Source: an uncultured Candidatus Saccharibacteria bacterium
GTDB lineage: Bacteria > Patescibacteriota > Minisyncoccia > Phycocordibacterales > UBA6065
Direction of reading: 5' to 3'
Length of the DNA stretch: 64,000 bases
Assembly (NCBI GenBank): GCA_964495425.1
Contig: CAZBVG010000003.1
Location: 518 to 64,517, forward strand
In this document: one piece after another, positions 17,311-27,375 of the stretch
Position numbering within the stretch: position 1 is the first letter of the stretch
Layout: the number at the start of each line of letters is the position of its first letter
Translations under genes and position numbers: made by a program
Notes under the pieces: generated by a model
The model's input: the letters and a program-made list of their open reading frames with translations, nothing else
What the model was told of the DNA's origin: nothing
The model's database searches: none

Positions 17311-18419
17311 AAATTCTTTTAGCTACCGGCATATTCCCGCCGCAGATTGGAGGACCTGCGACATACTCTAAACTTCTGTACGACGAACTTCCTAAAAGAG
17401 GCATCGACGTAGAAATCGCCACATTTGGCGATTATTTAGACAAACCAAAAATTGTTCGACATTTTTTGTATTTTCTCGAACTGTTACGTAAGGCAGTGGA
17501 TGTAGATATGATTTATGCGCTTGACCCAGTTTCAGTCGGACTACCGGCTCTTTTTGCTGCCCAAGTACGTAAGAAAAAGTTTGTGTTACGAATCGCCGGT
17601 GATTATGCGTGGGAGCAGGGAGCGCAGAGGTGGGGTGTGGCCGAGACGCTCGATCAGTTTGTAAAAGAGGATGAAAAATATTCATGGCAGGTAAAATTTT
17701 TAAAGCGCATACAAACATATGTTGCTGAAGGAGCATCACAGATCATAGTGCCTTCACACTACTTAAAGGGAATTGTTGCTGCATGGGGCATTGCTGCAGA
17801 AAAAATTTCAGTTATATACAACGGTTTTCATGTGTCGGTTACTAAATCTCTCAAGCCAAGTATCAGGAAACGTCTCGGACTTACTGGTGATGTGATTGTT
17901 TCGGCAGGGAGACTTGTGCCGTGGAAAGGAATGCTTGAGGTCATTGAAATGATGCCTGAAATTTTGGAGTCTATACCAAATGCACGATTGGTGATTATTG
18001 GAGATGGACCAGAACGGCCGAATCTTGAAAAGAAAATACAGGAACTTGGTCTCGAAGCCATGGTGCGATTAACCGGCCGTCTTGATCAGGCAGAATTGTT
18101 TGAGTATGTAAAAGCTGCGGATGTCTTTGTACTCAATACTGCGTATGAAGGTCTTTCACATCAAATTCTTGAAACCATGGCTATAGGAACACCGGTTGTA
18201 ACTACTGATATAGGTGGAAACCCAGAAGTGATTGTTCATGGTCGAAGCGGTGCTTTACTTGCTCCGAACGATAAAGGAGCATTTATTGAAGCAATTAAAG
18301 GATTTCTTTCTGAACGAGCGATTGCATTTATGATTGCAAAGGAGGCAAAGAAGTCGGTAAGCAAATTCACCGATGAAGCAATGCTAGATTCTCTTGAAAA
18401 ACATCTTAAATCTATATGA
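17307..18419 (+). CDS. glycosyltransferase family 4
   Basis: EGLSHQILETMAIGTPVVTTDIGG; start set at MKILLATG with ATGA overlap onto the upstream stop (ORF-track 17253). Confidence 0.85.
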   Translation: MKILLATGIFPPQIGGPATYSKLLYDELPKRGIDVEIATFGDYLDKPKIVRHFLYFLELLRKAVDVDMIYALDPVSVGLPALFAAQVRKKKFVLRIAGDYAWEQGAQRWGVAETLDQFVKEDEKYSWQVKFLKRIQTYVAEGASQIIVPSHYLKGIVAAWGIAAEKISVIYNGFHVSVTKSLKPSIRKRLGLTGDVIVSAGRLVPWKGMLEVIEMMPEILESIPNARLVIIGDGPERPNLEKKIQELGLEAMVRLTGRLDQAELFEYVKAADVFVLNTAYEGLSHQILETMAIGTPVVTTDIGGNPEVIVHGRSGALLAPNDKGAFIEAIKGFLSERAIAFMIAKEAKKSVSKFTDEAMLDSLEKHLKSI

Positions 18420-19528
18420 TCAATGTAGTCATGATTTCAACTGATGCGAAGATCCTTGAGGAGGGGTCAAGTGTTCGTGCGCGTATGCAAGACTACGGAA
18501 AACTTTTTTCTTCACTTCATATTGTGTTGTTTGTTAAAAAAAGTACTCACGCAGTTACTTCTCTTTCAGAAAATGTAACGGTATATCCAACAAATTCGAC
18601 GAGTAAATTTTTCCACATACGAGATGGTAAAAAGATAGGGGAAGATATTATTTCTTCACGTGCATTTACAGCACACGATACGATTATCACCACACAAGAT
18701 CCATTTGAAGCAGGAATAGTCGGGCTGTATCTTTCAGAGACGACTGGTATTAAACTCCATGTCCAAGTGCACACCGATCTTGGCAGTATCTTTTTTGCAG
18801 ACGGTTTTTTAAATAAAATAAGAATACTTTTCTCCAAAAAGACACTACGTAAGGCACATGCAATACGCACTGTATCTGCACGAATAAAGACATCACTTTC
18901 ACCAAAACTTCAGCATAAGGCGAGCATCCTACCGATTTTTGCTGATCTTGCTTCAATAGCGACAGCGCCAATCACTATTGATTTGGCAAAGAAGTATCCG
19001 CAATTTAAAAAGATTGCACTCATCGCATCTCGTTTTACAAAAGAAAAAGATATATATACGGCACTCCGCGCGTTTAATATTGTTCACAAATCATATGCGG
19101 ATTCGGGATTAGTCATTGTTGGTTCTGGTCCGCTTTTGCCAGAGATCATGACGAAAGTTCAGGGATTTAAAGGGGCGGTTATATTGGAAGATTGGGCCGA
19201 TCAAAAAACACTCATCTCATACATGAAAACGTGTGATGTATTTGTGTCCTCGTCTCTTTATGAAGGTTATGGACTTTCAATGCTTGAGGCGCATGCTGCA
19301 GGTGCGCTACTTGTAGCAACTAATGCTGGGATAGCACCGCTTTTAACAAGCGAAGAATGTTTGGTCGAACCTGGGGATTTGCATGGCCTTGCCGAAGCCC
19401 TTAAAAAGGCCTTTTCTTGCCTTGTAAGGAATAAGGACTATAAGTACCCGTATACCTCAAAACAGGCCTATTTAGAGGCTTTTAAGGCCGATATAGAGCG
19501 TACTTTGCTATACTTAAGCCATGAATAA
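18416..19528 (+). CDS. glycosyltransferase family 4
   Basis: EGYGLSMLEAHAAGALLVATNAGI; ATGA overlap with upstream gene. Confidence 0.8.
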   Translation: MINVVMISTDAKILEEGSSVRARMQDYGKLFSSLHIVLFVKKSTHAVTSLSENVTVYPTNSTSKFFHIRDGKKIGEDIISSRAFTAHDTIITTQDPFEAGIVGLYLSETTGIKLHVQVHTDLGSIFFADGFLNKIRILFSKKTLRKAHAIRTVSARIKTSLSPKLQHKASILPIFADLASIATAPITIDLAKKYPQFKKIALIASRFTKEKDIYTALRAFNIVHKSYADSGLVIVGSGPLLPEIMTKVQGFKGAVILEDWADQKTLISYMKTCDVFVSSSLYEGYGLSMLEAHAAGALLVATNAGIAPLLTSEECLVEPGDLHGLAEALKKAFSCLVRNKDYKYPYTSKQAYLEAFKADIERTLLYLSHE

Positions 19529-19946
19529 CCCGCTTCTGGCACCTATTCGGTTTGGTCTCGATATTTTTCACAGATCTACATTCGTACGATATGTGTTTTC
19601 TGGGGGTACCGCTGCAGCTATTGATGTAGCACTACTGTATATTTTGGTTGAGTATTTCAATGTCTATTACATTTCAGCGGCTATTTTTTCTATGACTGTT
19701 TCATTTATTGCACGATTTTTATTACAAAAATATGTGACATTTGAAGATAAAGATGAGACTCATGCAACAAAACAATTCATTCTTTATACCGTTTTGTATT
19801 TTGCGAGCCTCACTGCAACAACCGCACTTCTGTATCTCTTTGTTGATATGTTGGGATTCTGGTATCTACCATCCCAAATAGCTTCAATACTTTTGATTGC
19901 ATCAGGTTGTTTCTTTATTTACCGACTTTTTATTTTTAAAAAATAA
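19521..19946 (+). CDS. GtrA-family membrane protein
   Basis: 141 aa, 4 TM; VRYVFSGGTAAAIDVALLYILVEYFNVYY...ARFLLQKYVTFED. Confidence 0.75.
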   Translation: MNNPLLAPIRFGLDIFHRSTFVRYVFSGGTAAAIDVALLYILVEYFNVYYISAAIFSMTVSFIARFLLQKYVTFEDKDETHATKQFILYTVLYFASLTATTALLYLFVDMLGFWYLPSQIASILLIASGCFFIYRLFIFKK

Positions 19947-20980
19947 TGAAGCTACTGATTCTTACTCAAGTAATAGATAAAAACGATCCAGTGCTCGGAT
20001 TCTTTCACCGCTGGGTAGGAGAGTTTTCAAAACAAGTCAGCTCTATTTCGGTTATTTGTTTGAAGCAGGGTTTATATGATTTACCTGCCAATGTAAAAGT
20101 CTATTCGCTTGGAAAGGAGACTAAGCCATCACGAATCTCATATGTTTTGAATTTTTATAAATATATTTCAAGCTTAAGAGGTGATTATGATGTCGTACTC
20201 GTACACATGAATCAGGAATATGTCTTGCTTGGCGGATTGTTATGGAAGCTGTGGGGAAAGCGCGTATATATGTGGCGCAATCATCATGCGGGAAGTATAT
20301 GGACTGATATTGCAGCGCAGTTTTGTACCACTGTGTTCTGCACATCCAAGTTTTCGTATACAGCAAAATATGAAAAGACTATGCTTATGCCCGTGGGAGT
20401 AGATACCAATTTTTTTAAAAGAGATATATTAGTACAGCGAAAACATAATTCAATTCTTTTTTTGGGAAGAGTTGCACCCGTGAAGAAGCCGCATGTTTTA
20501 CTCGAAGCTCTCCAGGTGCTTCGTTCAAAGAAAGTTCAATTTACCGCATCGTTTTATGGAAATGCGTTACCACAAGATGCTGCGTATCTTCGAGAACTTA
20601 ACAAGCGAACTGAGAGCTGGGGACTTTCTGATATTGTCACATTTCATCCGGGTATACCGAATGATGCTACACCGAAAATATATAGCGAGCATGAGGTGTT
20701 TGTGAATCTTTCTTCATCAGGAATGTATGATAAAACGATATTTGAGGCTGCGGCATGCGAATCGATGATACTTGCATCTAATGAAAATCTTCGAGGGCTT
20801 ATTGATGATGCTTATATTTGTAGGGATGATGATCCCGAAGAGATTGCATATAAGCTTCAGGCGCTTCTTTTAAAAACAACTAACGAAAAGGTACGAGTGG
20901 GTGGAGTGCTTCGTAAAATCACTGAAGAGAATCATAGTTTGGACAAGTTGAGCGCACGTTTGGTAATTTCAATGCAATGA
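19946..20980 (+). CDS. glycosyltransferase, GT4-like (GT-B)
   Basis: 344 aa; C-terminal SGMYDKTIFEAAACESMILASNE. Confidence 0.65.
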   Translation: MKLLILTQVIDKNDPVLGFFHRWVGEFSKQVSSISVICLKQGLYDLPANVKVYSLGKETKPSRISYVLNFYKYISSLRGDYDVVLVHMNQEYVLLGGLLWKLWGKRVYMWRNHHAGSIWTDIAAQFCTTVFCTSKFSYTAKYEKTMLMPVGVDTNFFKRDILVQRKHNSILFLGRVAPVKKPHVLLEALQVLRSKKVQFTASFYGNALPQDAAYLRELNKRTESWGLSDIVTFHPGIPNDATPKIYSEHEVFVNLSSSGMYDKTIFEAAACESMILASNENLRGLIDDAYICRDDDPEEIAYKLQALLLKTTNEKVRVGGVLRKITEENHSLDKLSARLVISMQ

Positions 20981-21612
20981 ATCTTATTTTTAAAAATAAA
21001 CGAGAACTTATAGCAGCATGTATTGATCGAGATGATGTTGTTCTTGATGTGGGATTTTGGGGTCAAGGTGTGAGCGCAAAAGATGATAATTGGGTACATA
21101 AAATTTTACGTGAACGGGCAAAGGATGTCTGGGCGTTTGATCTCGAGTATGACGAAAAGCGTCTCCCTGGACCAAAGAAAAATTATTTTATTGGAGATGC
21201 AGAGAATTTTGCAGTAGATAAAAAGTTCGATGTGATCTTTGCTGGTGATTTGATTGAACATCTTTCAAATCCTGGCCTCTTTTTACTGCAGGCTAAGAAA
21301 CACATGAAGCCGGGCGGAAAGCTTATCTTGTCGACCCCGAATGCGTTTAACCTTTTTAATCTTTTTGAAAAGATAAGTAAGAGAGAACCAACGGTAAACA
21401 GAGAGCACACATGTTATTTCAATTCCAAGACACTTTCGGTTCTTCTTGAGCGAAATGGTTGGAAAGTTGATTCGGTTGATTTTCTCTACTCACTTGGCGT
21501 TCAGTATAAAGAAAGTCTTAAAAAGAAAATTTTGAATGTTTTGTACAAAATACTTTCTTTATTTACATCTAAATTTGTTGAAACGCTTGTGATAACGGCG
21601 ACGATAAAATAG
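20977..21612 (+). CDS. class I SAM-dependent methyltransferase
   Basis: VVLDVGFWGQG and DVIFAGDLIEHL...MKPGGKLILSTPN motifs. Confidence 0.65.
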   Translation: MNLIFKNKRELIAACIDRDDVVLDVGFWGQGVSAKDDNWVHKILRERAKDVWAFDLEYDEKRLPGPKKNYFIGDAENFAVDKKFDVIFAGDLIEHLSNPGLFLLQAKKHMKPGGKLILSTPNAFNLFNLFEKISKREPTVNREHTCYFNSKTLSVLLERNGWKVDSVDFLYSLGVQYKESLKKKILNVLYKILSLFTSKFVETLVITATIK

Positions 21613-21644
21613 TACGTATGGTTCGTTATATTTACCGCAACAAA

Positions 21645-22784
21645 ATGAAGAAAAAACTCTATTTAGTCTTTCATGGAAGATTTCCGAGCGAGAAAGCAGC
21701 GGCGCTTTTTGCCGCAAAAAGCGCCGCCTCATTTGCCAAACACTTTGACGTCACACTTATTGTTCCAAAACGAAAGGGAGTTAGTCAGGATGATCCATAT
21801 ACCTTTTATTCTGTAGAGCGTAATTTTTCTATCGAATATGTCTGGACACTTGATGTGTTTACTATACCGCTCTTGAAGCGCATTGCTTTTTGGACAAGCT
21901 TCATCGCCTTTTCGGCATCAGTATATTTTCATTTGATGAAGCGTGCGGATAAACAAGACATTATTTACTCAAATGAGTCTCTGCCGCTCTTTCTTCTATC
22001 TTGGGATTTCAAAAATACTTTTTATGAAATGCACGACTTTCCCGAAAGCAAAATCACCTTTTTTGGAAGGTTTCTTTCACGAATGAAATGGGTGCTCATA
22101 CATAATCGCTGGAAGTTGGGGGAAGTGCAAAAACTTTTTCCTAAAATCCCTGGATCAAAATATCTCTATGAACCTAACGCTGTTGATGTGACGGCTTTTG
22201 ATATTGCGATTTCAAAGCAAGATGCGCGCAAAAAGCTTTCATTACCAACTTCTAAAAAAATCGCAGTATACACGGGGCATCTCTATGGTTGGAAAGGTGT
22301 TGATACTTTGGCACAGGCAGCGAAACTACTTTCTGATGAATATCTAGTTATTTTTGTGGGAGGTACTCCAGCGGATGTAGAAGCTCTTAAAAAGAAATAT
22401 CAGGCAAATACGATTTCAATTGTAGGATTTAGACCACACGAAGAGATGCCTTTGTGGCAGAAAGCTGCAGATGTTTTGGTTCTCCCAAATACGGCGAAAG
22501 AAAAAATCTCAATGTACTACACGTCTCCGATGAAGCTGTATGAATATATGGCAAGCGGTAGACCAATTATCGCCTCAAGTATCCCATCTATTCGCGAGAT
22601 TGTTGATGAGCATTCTGCGTATCTAACCATTCCTGATGATCCAGATGCTTTCGCAAAGGCACTTATTGAAGTGACGGGAAATCCAGGAAAGTACGAGTCT
22701 CAGGCAAAGGAAGCCTACAAAAAAGTACTTGATCATACATGGGATAAAAGAGCGGCGCGCATAGTATCATATATGGGTCTATGA
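21645..22784 (+). CDS. glycosyltransferase family 4
   Basis: YTSPMKLYEYMASGRPIIASSIPSIREIVDE; start at MKKKLYLVFHG (ORF-track 21618). Confidence 0.8.
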   Translation: MKKKLYLVFHGRFPSEKAAALFAAKSAASFAKHFDVTLIVPKRKGVSQDDPYTFYSVERNFSIEYVWTLDVFTIPLLKRIAFWTSFIAFSASVYFHLMKRADKQDIIYSNESLPLFLLSWDFKNTFYEMHDFPESKITFFGRFLSRMKWVLIHNRWKLGEVQKLFPKIPGSKYLYEPNAVDVTAFDIAISKQDARKKLSLPTSKKIAVYTGHLYGWKGVDTLAQAAKLLSDEYLVIFVGGTPADVEALKKKYQANTISIVGFRPHEEMPLWQKAADVLVLPNTAKEKISMYYTSPMKLYEYMASGRPIIASSIPSIREIVDEHSAYLTIPDDPDAFAKALIEVTGNPGKYESQAKEAYKKVLDHTWDKRAARIVSYMGL

Positions 22785-24157
22785 AAGAGTGGATCAAGGC
22801 TCACAAATTTGAAGTAATTCTATTTTTCTGTGCGCTCTTTGTGCGCGTGGTTCTTTTTTCAATTAACTTTTCGGTTAATAACCACGATCTTATTCCGACA
22901 ATTAAAGGGGATGATGGGTATTATGAATTAAGTCAGAATATCAACGCCGGAAATGGTTTTACATTTGATGTAGCGCCGCCGTTTAGGCCAAATCCACTTC
23001 GTCCACCACTTTGGCCAATGTTTATAGCCACCGTTTCACATATATTTGGATATTGGGGAGTTTTGATCTTTGAACTTATCTTGGGTTCATTCATACCTGT
23101 TTTGGGATATTTTGTTGCACGAAGATTGGTGGGAGAAAAACTTTCAAAATGGGTTGCGGGATTTCTTGTTTTTGAGCCATATTCAGTTCTCCTTTCTTTC
23201 ATCCTTTATACTGAAACTTCGTTTACGTTCTTTTTCCTCATCTTTCTCATATTTCTCTTCAGGTATATTGAGAAGCAAACAATACGTAATGCAATTTGGA
23301 CTGGAGTGTTTCTTGGACTTGCATGCATGATCAAACCAACCGTTCAATTTTTTCCACTTCTTATTCCTGTTGCTCTTGCAATTCTTTGGCGGAGAAATCT
23401 TACAAAACCACTTTTGAAGCACGCGTTACTCTTTGTGGTGAGTTTCTTTGTAATAATTTCACCATGGCTTTGGCGCAATCATGTAGAGTTTGGAGTTTGG
23501 GGAATTAGTGCACAGCCAGCCTTTAATCTCTACGTGTATCTTGTACCTACGGTGCTTTCAATTGATAATCATACAAATTTTAAAACTGAGTACGATTCGT
23601 TTGTCAAAAAAGATAATTTTGATGAGAACAATATAAATCTCTCGAACTCGCCGTTCTATAAAGCTGAGGCAATGAAGGTTATCAAGGAACATAAAACTGC
23701 TCTTATAAAGGCAGCCCTTATTTCTGGTGTTACATTCTTTACTCACGATGGAATGCTAACTGTTTTGCAATATTCAGGCATCACAACGCCAAACGTTTTA
23801 ACAAAACCTGTAATTACACTTCTTAAAGAACCTCTTGAGCTTTTTAAAGTAATTGGAAAGTATGTTCAAAGTTCAGCAGTGCTCATTCTTATGATGCGTC
23901 TCGTGTGGATACTTGTCACAATACTCTTTCTTGTCGGAGTTTTTCTTATGTTTAAGCGAGAGGGTTTGAGGGCGTTCGTACTTGCAGCGTTTCTCATGAT
24001 TCTCTATTTTGCAGCAACCACATGTATTAATGGATTGGGTGTAAATGCTCGTTTCAGAATCCCAATTAATGTCTTCATATTATCCTTTGCTATCTATGCA
24101 ATATTTGCTATAAAGGAGCGACTCTATGAAGCTTTCCGTAATCATTCCCGCGTATAA
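22781..24157 (+). CDS. GT-C fold membrane glycosyltransferase (ArnT/PMT family-39-like)
   Basis: 458 aa, more than 10 TM helices; N-terminal periplasmic-loop region typical of polyprenyl-phosphate-sugar-dependent GT-C enzymes. Confidence 0.6.
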   Translation: MKEWIKAHKFEVILFFCALFVRVVLFSINFSVNNHDLIPTIKGDDGYYELSQNINAGNGFTFDVAPPFRPNPLRPPLWPMFIATVSHIFGYWGVLIFELILGSFIPVLGYFVARRLVGEKLSKWVAGFLVFEPYSVLLSFILYTETSFTFFFLIFLIFLFRYIEKQTIRNAIWTGVFLGLACMIKPTVQFFPLLIPVALAILWRRNLTKPLLKHALLFVVSFFVIISPWLWRNHVEFGVWGISAQPAFNLYVYLVPTVLSIDNHTNFKTEYDSFVKKDNFDENNINLSNSPFYKAEAMKVIKEHKTALIKAALISGVTFFTHDGMLTVLQYSGITTPNVLTKPVITLLKEPLELFKVIGKYVQSSAVLILMMRLVWILVTILFLVGVFLMFKREGLRAFVLAAFLMILYFAATTCINGLGVNARFRIPINVFILSFAIYAIFAIKERLYEAFRNHSRV

Positions 24158-25682
24158 CGAAGAGGCGACTCTCAGAAAAATCCTTGATTCTGTGCTCAGT
24201 GTGTCTTTTTCTGCTTGGGAAAAGGAAATTATTGTTATTGATGATGCTTCAACTGATAAAACGCCGCAGATTCTCCAAAGCTATGGTAATCGAATAAAAG
24301 CGGTTCGACTTCCAAAAAATGGTGGCAAGGGGACTGCCGTTGAACGAGGCCTTAAAGAGGCGACCGGCGATTACATTATCATTCAAGATGCAGACCTCGA
24401 ATACAATCCAAAAGAGATTCCTCAGTTTTTGGAAATCATAAATAAGGGAGGTGCGCATGTTGTGTATGGTTCAAGAAATCTCCATCACGTAAAGCGCGAA
24501 GGTTTTTATTTCCAACGACTCGGTGTATGGATTATTACCAAGCTTATAAACGGCATGTATTCCGCACAGCTCACAGACGTGTGGACGTGCTACAAGCTTT
24601 TCCCTGCTCACACCAAAAAACATTTTACTTCAGGGAGATTTGAATCTGAACTCTTGTTTACGGCAGCTCTTCTACGTGAGGGATATAAAATTATAGAAGT
24701 GCCGATTTCACATACACCTCGTGATGCAGGTGCCGGCAAGAAAATTCGTTATCGTGACGGCTTTCGAGCGATTCAGCTTTTACTTGCTGATAGACTTCTG
24801 AATTTACGAAAGCCGCAGATTCGCCAGACCGCTGATCATTCTCATATTATCTGTTGCCCGTTTTGCAAAGAAGATTTGATGAAGTCTGACAAAGGACTTG
24901 TGTGTAAAACTCATGGACATTTTACTGTCGATGAGTCTCGCCGACCGATTCTTATTGAAAAGAATATTTATGAACACAATTCAAATCAGCATGAGTCAGG
25001 AGTAAATTGGCTTAAATCTTTCTTTAAACAATTTCCAAAAATTTATTATTCAATTTGGCATGTCTTTTGCCCTGTGATGATGCTTGTGAATGGGCCGCGA
25101 ATGGTTTTGGATAAAGTTTCAAAGGGAAGTCGGGTGATTGATGTTGGTTCTGGTCCCGAACGATTGGGCAAAGAATTCATCAATGTCGATATCTTTCCAT
25201 TTCCAGAAGTAGATATTGTTTCAGATGCGACGAAACTTCCGTTTAAGAACAATACGATTGATGCTGCGGTATCAGAATCACTTTTTGAACATGTACCAGA
25301 TGCACATCTTGTGGCGCGAGAAATGGTTCGTGTTGTTAAACCGGGTGGTTATGTGTATGTAAGCGCACCGTTTATGCACCCGTATCATGCGTCGCCTGAT
25401 GACTTTAATCGATGGACAATATCGGGTCTCAAACACATGTTTCATGATCTTGAAATTGTTGAATCTGGTGTGAGATCAGGTCCGTGGTCTACGTTTTTGA
25501 TGTTTCTTGCGTATTGGCTCGGTGTTATCTTTTCGTTCGGCTCACGAAAGATTGCACCATTTCTCGCGCATATCTTTATGCTTATTCTTGGTCCGATCAA
25601 ATATCTTGATTATATTTTCATTCACATTCCGGGGTCGGATGCCGTGGCGACCCATCTCTATATTTTGGGGAAGAAGAAATAG
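24126..25682 (+). CDS. fusion protein: GT2 (dolichyl/polyprenyl-phosphate sugar synthase-like) + CxxC zinc ribbon + class I SAM methyltransferase + C-terminal TM segment
   Basis: 518 aa; N-terminal LSVIIPAYNEE...DDASTD...DADLEY; middle CCPFCKEDL...CKTH; C-terminal VIDVGSGPE...VKPGGYVYVS; AGGAG Shine-Dalgarno 8 nt upstream. Confidence 0.7.
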   Translation: MKLSVIIPAYNEEATLRKILDSVLSVSFSAWEKEIIVIDDASTDKTPQILQSYGNRIKAVRLPKNGGKGTAVERGLKEATGDYIIIQDADLEYNPKEIPQFLEIINKGGAHVVYGSRNLHHVKREGFYFQRLGVWIITKLINGMYSAQLTDVWTCYKLFPAHTKKHFTSGRFESELLFTAALLREGYKIIEVPISHTPRDAGAGKKIRYRDGFRAIQLLLADRLLNLRKPQIRQTADHSHIICCPFCKEDLMKSDKGLVCKTHGHFTVDESRRPILIEKNIYEHNSNQHESGVNWLKSFFKQFPKIYYSIWHVFCPVMMLVNGPRMVLDKVSKGSRVIDVGSGPERLGKEFINVDIFPFPEVDIVSDATKLPFKNNTIDAAVSESLFEHVPDAHLVAREMVRVVKPGGYVYVSAPFMHPYHASPDDFNRWTISGLKHMFHDLEIVESGVRSGPWSTFLMFLAYWLGVIFSFGSRKIAPFLAHIFMLILGPIKYLDYIFIHIPGSDAVATHLYILGKKK

Positions 25683-26609
25683 TTAATATTGAACCATCGT
25701 ACAATATTTATTTTCAAAAAAAGTATTCTTGCCAAAGTAATAATTCCAATCAACTGATTCTCGTTTAAAAATGATGTGAGGAATGTTTCCTAAATATGAA
25801 GCGAAGTCTCCGAAGCTCGAATCTGATCCAAGAACAATATCTGTGCGAGAGAGTACAAAGAGATCATGGATCGCAGAAAGGGGAGATATGAGGATATTGA
25901 GGCCCGTAAAAAACTCTGTACGGATTTTGCCATCTGATGTTATTACAAAACACACTTCCTCCTTTGTTTTTCCGGAGAATTTTAAATATTCATCCAATAT
26001 TTCACGAACCCTTGTTTGTTCGATCCAATATGCGCCGTTTTTAAATTCTTTATAATCGCCCTGACGAATGTGAACACCGACAACGTGTTTGAATTTTCGA
26101 GCCTGGGCAACAAAGGCATCTACTTCAGTCTTAATTTTTTCTATGGGTTTGAAATATTCGACGATTTCATTTCGATACTTTTCAAGTCCACGGGGATTAC
26201 GGAAAAGCCATCCAGAAAAATAGATTTGTCCTTCAATTTCAAGGCGCTTTAAGTCCTCAGTCGCCATCTGTGTTGGGGGTAAATAGTAGACCTGATTATT
26301 TGAATTTACAGATGAAATGACTGAGTTGGGATGGCGGGCATATACAAACTTTGCCCAGAATTTGTAGAGCTTGCGCCAGGTCTTGGGCAAAAGCTTGTTT
26401 CGACGGCCTCTATACGCTCTAAAAGGGCTGTATAAGAGCATATCTGCCACATAGCCGCGTCTTATCTGAAACATGCTCCCGTACTCGTAAAATGAGGGAT
26501 TTTCGAGCTTAAAGCCGGTTTCAAGCGTATAGGCATAGATGCTCGCATAGTTCCAAAGCTGATTCGCTAGTTCACCGCCGCCGTGCTCAATAATGACTGC
26601 TTTTTTCAT
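25683..26609 (-). CDS. fucosyltransferase-like glycosyltransferase (GT11/NodZ superfamily)
   Basis: 308 aa; VGVHIRQGDY (HxRRGD-type motif); its stop directly abuts the stop of the convergent gene at 25682. Confidence 0.55.
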   Translation of the reverse strand: MKKAVIIEHGGGELANQLWNYASIYAYTLETGFKLENPSFYEYGSMFQIRRGYVADMLLYSPFRAYRGRRNKLLPKTWRKLYKFWAKFVYARHPNSVISSVNSNNQVYYLPPTQMATEDLKRLEIEGQIYFSGWLFRNPRGLEKYRNEIVEYFKPIEKIKTEVDAFVAQARKFKHVVGVHIRQGDYKEFKNGAYWIEQTRVREILDEYLKFSGKTKEEVCFVITSDGKIRTEFFTGLNILISPLSAIHDLFVLSRTDIVLGSDSSFGDFASYLGNIPHIIFKRESVDWNYYFGKNTFFENKYCTMVQY

Positions 26610-27373
26610 TATTTTTTGAAGTAATAAAGGCCCGTTCCAAAACCCTTCTTTGGATCGTATGAGCTTTCAAGATTTCGTCCGTAAATGTACTTTTCTTCAA
26701 CGAGCTTCATGTCTTTAAAAAGTTCAAGAACTCGATTGCGGGTAAATGCGCGGTGTGCGTTGAAATATGTTTTATTTTCCGCATCGATTGGAACAGAAAT
26801 ATAGAGTGAACCGTTTGTTGCAAGAACTCGCTTTAATTCTTTCGCTGCTTTTTCAGTACCAAATTGATCAAGAGGGTCACCATATCGTCCAAGTCCAATG
26901 TGTTCGATCACACAAATAGATGAGAGCGATTCAATCTCGCCGTCTTTGATAGGAAGTTTGGTAATGTCGCCTTGAACAAATGAAAGTCCAGGAAGAGAGA
27001 TGGTGAGGGGGCGAATATCAACCATGGTTGTCGGTGTAAACTGCGAAATGATTCCAACCATGAGCGCCTGTGAAGCAATATCAACGTGCTTCTTTGGCTT
27101 TGCTTCAAAAACTTTCTTTGCGCACCAGCAGCCCTGGATAAAATACACAGGATCGATTTCATGGCTACCGGTTTTGTCTTGAATGCGAGGGAAGAGATCA
27201 GCAACACTTATTTTGTATGCCGTATTATGTTCAAGCTTTCTGTATGAATGCCAGTCTTTAAAATATGAAGAGAGCTGTTTAATTCGAGTAACAAATCCCG
27301 GTTTAATTCGAAAAGCTCGAGCCGTGACTACGAGATATTTGAGTGCAGAAATATTTTTGAGTTTTTCTTTCAT
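26609..27373 (-). CDS. SAM-dependent methyltransferase (DUF268-like)
   Basis: 254 aa; VDIASQALMVG...GDITKLPIKDGEIES...NGSLYISVP. Confidence 0.5.
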   Translation of the reverse strand: MKEKLKNISALKYLVVTARAFRIKPGFVTRIKQLSSYFKDWHSYRKLEHNTAYKISVADLFPRIQDKTGSHEIDPVYFIQGCWCAKKVFEAKPKKHVDIASQALMVGIISQFTPTTMVDIRPLTISLPGLSFVQGDITKLPIKDGEIESLSSICVIEHIGLGRYGDPLDQFGTEKAAKELKRVLATNGSLYISVPIDAENKTYFNAHRAFTRNRVLELFKDMKLVEEKYIYGRNLESSYDPKKGFGTGLYYFKK

Positions 27374-27375
27374 GA

